Below, in pieces: positions 61,801-64,000 of a stretch of 64,000 nt of DNA. Numbering within the stretch: the first letter of the stretch is position 1; every line of letters starts with the position of its first letter. The notes beneath the pieces are model-generated. The model was not told the origin of the DNA. It searched no databases and was given only the letters and a program-made list of their open reading frames with translations. The stretch is taken from positions 1-64,000 of IMG/VR virus record IMGVR_UViG_3300042326_002445. The stretch is one strand, 5' to 3'. Made by a program: the position numbers and the translations under genes.

Positions 61801-63670
61801 GCAACGAGCGATAGTAGCTCACAGATATAGGCCAGATATTGTTATGATAGATTTGCATAATGGAGATGAGCCATTTATATATAAGTCTGCGGTTCCTCAA
61901 GCTCAGAGTTCTTTAATGATATCTGAAGAATATGGCTTGCCCGAGTATGACATGGTAAGGCCTTTTATAAGAAAGTCTCATGAGTTAGGAATGAAATGTA
62001 CAGCTTATTTTAAACCTCATTTTGCTTTCTTGAAAGAAGATATATTCCCGCCAGCATTAACTGCTAATGGCCAAAAAATTAGAGTAGAAATCAATCTCAC
62101 TCAATCGTGTAGCGTGCAAAGAAGTATATTCAATACTAACTTTAAGAATTTTTTGAAGAATTGCATGATAGAAATAGTAACTCCAGAATCTGGTGGTGGA
62201 TTAAATTGCGATGGCATTTATTGGGATTCAAGTTTACTTGAGGAGTTTTTAGATTTTAGTAATGACGCAATAGATGTTTTTGCCAAATATTTAGGATACG
62301 AAGGTTTTGATGATCCTGATTATATTTCTTGGGCTAGTGTTAATTTTCCATTCCCAAAAACTTCAGGCTGGGAAGTTTCAACAGAAAATGGATATGTTGG
62401 AGGTGGCGATAGACCATCCTACAGGGATGCATATCCAGACAATACATTTGAAGGTCTTGGTTATTGGAATCTTGTGAACAATATCAATGATTTAGATGCA
62501 AATGAAATTGCAAATTTAAAATCATATGTTAGTATAATTAAAAATAAGTACCACGAAATACTTAGAGAGATATCTGACGCTGTTTCTGTCGCCAGTAATG
62601 GGAATGCAGTATTTTTCCCAGGCGAGCTTCCATCTTGGCCAGACCAGCCACATGGTGCTGTTTCCGTAGAAATAGCCAGACATACTCATGCTGTAAAAAC
62701 TGAATTTGCAGTAGAGCCAAGAGGCTATAGTGGACTTAGAAAGAAATCAGAGCTCACTGATTCTGTTCTTAATAATGAAAGATTGTATTGCGACATACAA
62801 AGGCCGTCAATGTATCTCTCTATGACTTTGAACCAGAAACTTGATTTTGCCTCTGGAAATAAAACTGCTATTCAGTGGAATCCTCAAAGGGTTTGGATAT
62901 CTGATTTGCCTTTAGGCACATCTGGAGCAGCAAATACTTTGACAACTTTTAATAGTGATAGATTTTATCTATATCCAACTGGCTATCCGCTATTTTTTGA
63001 AAGAGGATTGGGAAGAGAAGATAGCATTCATGGATATTTAAGAGCAGTATATCAAATTATGATTAAAAATGGTAATATCTTTGATTTTAATACATGGTAC
63101 GGGACTGGATGGACTGGAGATCAAGATGAATTTATACAAGACGCAACTTTGATTAATAATGACGGTTATTATAATAATCCTAATAAGGGAGTATCTCCTG
63201 GAAATACTTATTCATTTTGGCGTAAAGCACTTTATCATGCAAGAAAAATGAAAGAAGAAATTATTAAAGAAGGACTAATATTAAGCATAAGGGAAGCTTA
63301 TTCTTGGGCTGCAATACATGTTTCAACCGCTGGCAGAATAGGGATCAACGCTCCAGTTGCTTGGGGCTCAGGCTATGTGACTGGATCTAATAAGCTTATA
63401 AACTTAACAAATAACACAAATTCTTTAGGACAAAATTGGGGAGAATTCTGGTGGCCCATACTCGGCGCGATGCAATCTTTTGAAAATAAGATGATTCCTT
63501 ACAGCTTAGTTCTTGACGATCAGCTTAAAAATGGGGAATTAAATGGGATTAAGGTAATAGTAGTACCTCATCGTGAATGGCTTTCTCTTGCTCAAGAATT
63601 GCGTCTTGTAGAATTTGTAAGCAGAGGTGGAAAAGTGGTTTATATGGATGAAATATTTAATGTAACTTGA
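46880..63670 (+). CDS. Giant (5596 aa) multi-enzyme protein: trypsin-like protease, beta-helix, three GHL6/GH42-like modules, SGNH esterase, GH56-like barrels, two dockerin-like domains
   Basis: 16.8 kb uninterrupted ORF with TAHY/FDY/GDSG, VYVDAVNGDDSNNGS...PFK, GESNS...HWD, three copies of WPI.GA, DLNGDGVVNGADLG and poly-Ser spacers. No signal peptide. Confidence 0.8.
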   Translation: MAYIINYKPNLHDLYTYGSQPIIDPSNWQNNRRVYPTGYNQNLFIKDPFYNLNFNVDFSGMDREGRGAPGYGFNQYEGQSGYLPSGVLVNSGSGSVTLPSIAGQFRSFGNNADCYHLGCPVGNFEIASNYNHWNNGAWAKVLISPKHFLATAHYVGSGNNNTSIRLLGKNNQVVTRNATKLIDFSNSSNFPPGYNWPNSSFDYTLFELDTALTEQEMQQIKVYKFLNAFNLPTSVPLFYVSPQSVVSVLNSLGNDYFNINLYPDAAYRGSLVSGVPTQSTFSVWVGDSGTPVFAYVPGIDETCFLYSAWGGMTISDNGNTANPTATKKWFDALKQYIFDRIGYNIGLVNYSTTGGGNSSSSSSIGSSSSSSSSSSSNVDSGLWMPISSDNPFARNIDMTSDTDSPPIARWSSVPLQWIHDGESVKASVVAYHSTGIKRVDFICDGGEYESGAHIIGVINPVADSSSKQDEYACSIDINDSWSEGIHTIRAIVYANNGTKRVLQGSWLPKYSSISDPYNYFNNGEVDFTFIVNRGSYDGNTVYVDAVNGDDSNNGSFNSPFKNLWNAIPAAHAFHLENSIKEDVIICKAGEYRLSPLLNGDYSSGTPSALALGAGRIGWLKIKALDGLSKKDVVITNRSTNFGSVANPTSYAVKSNTLVSRFTVFENITLENFYDSSTNVSGEKDYIISTDGSYGFDSRGVWLNNCSIRGRSGVSVDTLVSTLNNQVNIFFKAYPGIAQNVVGFATNCNVNSLYRGFDGFVMLKQCGIGNTVEFAIKNCASIFSCNISNVGNVGAVADSAVINFSHTSLAKSNIIVAKNQINKSAISHFRINPHRNVFDSEIYFEGFAIVSNYFSRATGGPGKSYIYNGIKQIFMSHNSMLDYLSIHDASGGVWGGDVLVSDVYCKSNLLNGIIVDSTSGSSASLGAGSVALNQGFLNSNSEISSNIFLLPTQSNNPLFLSLIVNDKNKQVNQSVHKIVKNYSEGNLSLLCVSLNGVSNPAKGIETATLLNTDILGNSYEGSKSDCGARQDCTEEVSPDIIEVADFQTVPISGFPVLGSNQVEFFQSSTFALQYQFSAFDMVLWYDQNVRNFPVSASEVGSEYYPGGSYETCQICTLGSGLCTSTVDGGINWFKRWSLPSSLTYELSTLPACGSGNTSKIAGTRAAFKEYFDVDGMIRGMSRYSPDWALVFLHGGSEPLWWDTQIPGMQQWALLADDGEESTSMGLGLDVVQAYKDASNKYKQKLMAYFFPFAWIELDSSVYPYALDIFGNHVIEGRHGPNISYRSCFNSAFVELLAKIHVEMAQKCYDLETGYGFNGCMWDAAPLFYTLDFSPDAISASGIDSTTNFPWPLNNPADGSDTTALTDFVSSVTANANPGTLLLRDPNPSFGWTQAVKDKLQAYVYALNNKQPDIVRTIREAVDQAGYSEFAILHAVGNSQPSFEWPGNSEDVVLYASGVKTEIGAEGYVRRRQAPGVTNKTGAKSVPDLWLAMHTDLLLSQARTGKRAYGWQIGQWFIPNWISGGTCDDTFKSCLTSFDSGYSGKVEFKNNVLPRDIAVRGWLENQSLLALVSHTTPEFMYAFYDWYKYDQIEDLSGFENSADAFAIQHLPFMRRISSILGSIGDANVRLFNRTNVAWCVILHRPEVGWGSYAFINTGINESYANFSYYWPIFGAVQTCVEHGIPYVIAQDDAFTVNNFTNSGVVIVPFDKNLLPISARQELDSFNGHVIYLQDEIANGQVDDNFHNTELVGNKTRGQVARDQLWTLIQQGSRNIVLQTEFSYPDSLPEKPVPIAGYEIGLDSYGNESLLVTLIADAAWHDARKFGFFGLTTNNYPINGTCGRQNLLLASPNDPENDLVSSLGLRKILDVCSCTYSDTFTTINTLAGRDCYYVEHAAAGAIPVDVLPARGKLNYYAGYPPVWNSNRGARITFNASQSPYRLRQLLLDKESGIFGPVDMFVNGDMIDVVPFEIGSVVQVQMKNEQIIPHVGICVNQDSLKISNNNEFANLLNDLQSQPTSFNVIKIRLVCGNSLVESEVVANTIFSELESHARSNPDAYDWLRNCIGEIGYPTSHTLLGFLESTEVNPCGNGDFSIGGIVIQNEGICTIASNLPSLSSLYQEVNANSACECESSSTYKIYASKAKIDRSLNPDDGSSWASFVENEISSVSDISNGLMLFIKPVSDNSSIYYNIDSNGMPIIDGVVKYISDINDAIFNYTLGEKDITDYYAGVVIDFNHLFNINDNQSSLHAYACSYPFTINSQGSDSYDNVRRAIAYVNGNLIALINAIKFINQNISVSIRGLGRINDSDFEESMTSKTPYSAINCTPNARKELSKRVSEFYGPLLEACDFIYLWNGNESAEPDLSSALDSVSASKLRLSCLVKHFEYRQADCPSIFVEINGVHLSSDGLGQNDYCKVSNAEIIKESIDPFTNKNIDGFVYYSEQENIEKLIFENCPISISNPEVYGAVNSCWDLSIDGCSDQSTLIDVFETSIYNNISFINSYINNTSSNLYVPLIIMIGESNSGGLARNSQALPEELGIRPEVKILNNYTLNFENLNISSSGNNILDHRGPNGIPDVTDSVWNSNGGSPHGWELGLANAVRDKMFSRDVAYLIKAGHGGSKIGDDSIPGDWDTSGIYWNLFLQRYSAAISELNVDGYSPQTYIWYEIGINDCISNVNVDQWKNKLVQKINNIRSVTGVNSPVFITLLPDVAKTGDLTDSISDFNNAILEICVDQQLVYWVKSDDAHLRFNDIYHWDYYGMKLISSRMSKLSANTIGEGGNYVVSLDNPPLQPDYSDYRPIVAAVPYNEEPDPVLEFVYPVFTVRGRLSGGPTLDEPGTGPTPSHIGNPSDAIGFFNARGIPAVKRFVFYFNIGSSTFDGVFADPIYNQTYDKLYNPADSCINVNGEIVKQDTLDPREGSNPTFRGNLPFISPWTLGANTRLEQFTRQWVAEYKNLNGKIYGFISDNESLNPTGFWAESSLRYDNNNTSRIPHFTKIINDPRASLTDSSAGYASEINQTLVQQLRLNDFYNINDFDVVDTKTVDDPQFRGGYLHWDYVMYRHAIWYAQKHWYDVISEYFPGHNSTHVWTFYVPKEDHFNDMNGHITYRDMLCGDTANPLLFAEAGGISVNSEIDPNNKTRTRFLSQYNPGGTPFGSRAWNALLLQQQEIKAIRRHGENQKFIPWIGSRNLTLNNAFGGKNDVNHNSLWAEGVYHLALHNPNAIYMFYPRNSDGAGDTAWYPENGLVSYQLLNSILKEVNQRTGNKIISLVESSVQRIDLDSKVLITGCKTIKNKHLWRITADVINVNEVIIDGNVFAVDSNSPAIWYETEINVGSIDILSYNAATKSIILISSVAEGPLCKQCLTYRVAPAFTADEISVDSSSLPQNVSKMIQISDKYLTRNSYDEADSCGAGVFRINACQRYAFYENDNLRYNYNGAINYINEVVLKNSDVNLIDYTGYIGAEFSKIKQLFVEYLSNASGLAVMGDSLQSGISQMFENIQAIKNSSPKAKVGLLNCPVVPFIAPNITWSSASDSVKFNYIDKCASIIEDVISESDFICLDLRQEISVKNTEEYAEYLAYIRSVSKGFNDWLASKNLVKTIFGIVSKESYVDFNALPGYQYRQSVAITADYVHGFIDSSDVILRWLELFDSDSSNDNGALSAISNVIGFEISGADSTSYNAIAAYGLNNLAELKSEISRNCRSYNSTNDNVNTIGFRPSRGPDYPEWLSNSSLAMKFNLTAEDIKSCAALAVPHMPASSSVPVDDVIVCSFINTQYISTSSLYDIQTSLPCSTTRNINTARSSFLNGLKIQDFVDYAQSYSPDILVFNAHQYDEPLWYATDTAIGQWNILTNDPRYGLGFGVDILLSYSVAANFINARCIVEINPCSFVTLPAAKYPYSLNCFGGIIKENFDGGINISIRSFLNQDYVDLTFDYHNEIFDKGIDGIMWSREVVSKFGDFSTNVIEKFARYLGYENIDDSEFKEKFPFPVACGSILGNYLYNAAGFTGSCDSSANISVEDIAFKIPTFGTIFTQDIKNTVIEYHAFCHNLANTNILYLQSKINEYYGSRVKAIIPHVENDIFYNWKSCLSAEISNYSSIVSTNSGIEKQARSRRIQNPSAASNTVDIQRPGAATVENFGLDLLSSADGKKIIVKKIPNILRYRDTDFSSLWNEFDNVNSTNIVEDGIVREDGIKGHLASCVFDYMRAGHIVMLDMPSWSTYKDDGDTLSNSYINSDPPRNDMPFILNVIDLNNQLKQNVSSLYRQNKHAWIGIHYANRARKYIHVSDAVSSNGQEFYSDINLDLSRYGYSGNMTIGEFAWPIIGAYETCIYSGISSAVINDSSLENGDFSSLKLIIIPHRKLLNSLQKDKLNQFEGSVIYLEDLLSQTGNRWYSTASDLSESTPDYVTLYNLLSLRIKNLVGSSPIKVKLNVDNSIVTDSGKYFLKPSSVFDAGLNSDVHRIVVCVSNDRNWADVRNNTNENGIFGLTSRNNDLLNTQSANQIFSSIYSNDSFYADGSYPVLGQFAYYAGDPPAGFGKSFSVFITFNNYISLVSAKQISLNFADNTVDSKVVSWSNGSSGQSISSNFISDFSWFEIEFKYETPPSSSSSSSSSSSSSSSSSSSSSSSSSSSSSSSSSSSSGCVVWTGPGCPDMDGDGFVGGADLGVYFSAFTDYNPIADLNGDGVVNGADLGILQSYWGSCVECPNWNGSSSSSSSSSSSSSSSSSSSSSSSSSSSSSSSSSSSSSSSSSGCIVWNGPGCPDANQDGVVNQFDFDIFLASQEEYNPIADLNGDGFVNGNDIGVLLSFWDNCVICPNWPPSSSSSSSSSSSSSSSSSSSSSSSSSSSSSSSSSSSSSSSSINLFGVLNTRSAVGPNQPSWWSTANVHFQSFNPYATIKQIYEGNMEESASALIEPSLLLAYDNPSSGCSVRPYYSSSPNGYPPGYEFVYRSEYNWIRVEGSNFKERFNNGLNRWFNPEQRAIVAHRYRPDIVMIDLHNGDEPFIYKSAVPQAQSSLMISEEYGLPEYDMVRPFIRKSHELGMKCTAYFKPHFAFLKEDIFPPALTANGQKIRVEINLTQSCSVQRSIFNTNFKNFLKNCMIEIVTPESGGGLNCDGIYWDSSLLEEFLDFSNDAIDVFAKYLGYEGFDDPDYISWASVNFPFPKTSGWEVSTENGYVGGGDRPSYRDAYPDNTFEGLGYWNLVNNINDLDANEIANLKSYVSIIKNKYHEILREISDAVSVASNGNAVFFPGELPSWPDQPHGAVSVEIARHTHAVKTEFAVEPRGYSGLRKKSELTDSVLNNERLYCDIQRPSMYLSMTLNQKLDFASGNKTAIQWNPQRVWISDLPLGTSGAANTLTTFNSDRFYLYPTGYPLFFERGLGREDSIHGYLRAVYQIMIKNGNIFDFNTWYGTGWTGDQDEFIQDATLINNDGYYNNPNKGVSPGNTYSFWRKALYHARKMKEEIIKEGLILSIREAYSWAAIHVSTAGRIGINAPVAWGSGYVTGSNKLINLTNNTNSLGQNWGEFWWPILGAMQSFENKMIPYSLVLDDQLKNGELNGIKVIVVPHREWLSLAQELRLVEFVSRGGKVVYMDEIFNVT
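47270..47930 (+). other. Trypsin-like (clan PA) serine protease domain
   Basis: VLISPKHFLATAHYV (His at 47336), FDYTLFELD (Asp at 47483) and VGDSGTP (Ser at 47741) give an intact triad in the canonical order. Confidence 0.8.
48497..49970 (+). other. DUF1565-like motif followed by a pectin-lyase-like right-handed beta-helix
   Basis: TVYVDAVNGDDSNNGSFNSPFKNLWNAI...IICKAGEY, Asn-ladder repeats, and a closing DILGN...DCGARQ. Confidence 0.7.
54410..55190 (+). other. SGNH hydrolase, sialate O-acetylesterase (SASA)/CE6-like domain
   Basis: Block I IIMIGESNSGG, block II YLIKAGHGGS, block III WYEIGIND, block V DIYHW. Confidence 0.8.
60683..61447 (+). repeat. Poly-Ser tracts (36, 41 and 40 residues) flanking two Cys-bracketed dockerin-like domains
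   Basis: Ser tracts at 60683-60790, 60998-61120 and 61328-61447. Dockerin-like units at 60794-60991 and 61124-61321 (C.VW.GPGCPD...YNPIADLNGDG.VNG.D.G.L.S.W..CV.CPNW). Confidence 0.95.
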
Positions 63671-63733
63671 ATCTCTTGTAGTAGTATTTTAAATTAATTT
63701 ACGAAATATCATATAAGGACAGTAATAAATATC
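63671..63733 (+). promoter_or_regulatory. Intergenic region, candidate promoter and RBS (TACGAAATAT at 63700; AAGGA near 63715; AATAAATA just before the ATG)
   Basis: Second sizeable gap; same 10-mer as 46804. Confidence 0.4.
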
Positions 63734-64000
63734 ATGAACGATCCAAGAAACAAGGGAAGATGGTACTCTTATGAAGATCAGATTTCAGAGTCTGAAAAAT
63801 TTATAAACGCTGTTAAGTCTTCCGCTGGAGAACCAGACTTTAGCGGTACTGTTACCAGTTATGAATATACAGATGGAACCTATAGGAATAAACAGGCCGG
63901 TTGGTTTAGATTGTCTGATCCAGATCAAAATGGTAAATTTTTGATAGGCGTTCATTTACTCAACGATATGTCTTGGATGGACATGAGAAAAAATTCTAGC
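63734..64000 (+). CDS. Hypothetical protein, 3'-truncated by the window edge
   Basis: ATG at 63734 opens a frame (MNDPRNKGRWYSYEDQISESEKF...) with no stop before 64000; absent from the ORF track because it has no stop. Confidence 0.65.
   Translation, partial: MNDPRNKGRWYSYEDQISESEKFINAVKSSAGEPDFSGTVTSYEYTDGTYRNKQAGWFRLSDPDQNGKFLIGVHLLNDMSWMDMRKNSS

Noticed and set aside
2440-61900. Other short ORFs (60-133 aa) nested in or antisense to the giant genes
   Set aside because: They lie entirely within long, motif-supported CDSs and have no independent evidence.
1-64000. Stop-codon reassignment (no main gene ends in TAG)
   Set aside because: The standard code already gives near-complete coding density with multi-kb ORFs; TAG avoidance is expected in AT-rich genomes.

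Overview
An AT-rich window (roughly one-third GC by eye) that is almost entirely coding on the + strand. It holds 16 tightly packed, mostly translationally coupled genes: a 5'-truncated GT4 glycosyltransferase, 14 complete CDSs of 212-5596 aa, and a 3'-truncated CDS. The large proteins are mosaics of extracellular-type modules (Ig/FN3, beta-propellers, RCC1 repeats, LamG, beta-helices, dockerin-like Ca-binding repeats, poly-Ser linkers), yet none has a visible signal peptide. This best fits the tail/baseplate/receptor-binding region of a jumbo phage; that is inference, since no capsid, terminase or sheath gene is in view. The most striking element is a 5596-aa protein carrying a trypsin-like protease, a beta-helix, three GHL6/GH42-like glycoside hydrolase modules (one lacking the putative catalytic residues), an SGNH acetylesterase, degenerate GH56-like barrels and two dockerin-like domains between poly-Ser spacers. 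A second giant protein carries four more dockerin-like domains. Together they suggest a cellulosome-like enzyme apparatus on the virion, built from modules resembling Planctomycetota (Phycisphaerales) surface proteins. Also present are three paralogous beta-helix tailspike-like genes, nested domain insertions, and a 10-mer (TACGAAATAT) shared by the only two sizeable intergenic gaps. No rRNA, tRNA, CRISPR array or mobile element was seen. All domain assignments come from motifs read by eye and need HMM or structure confirmation.
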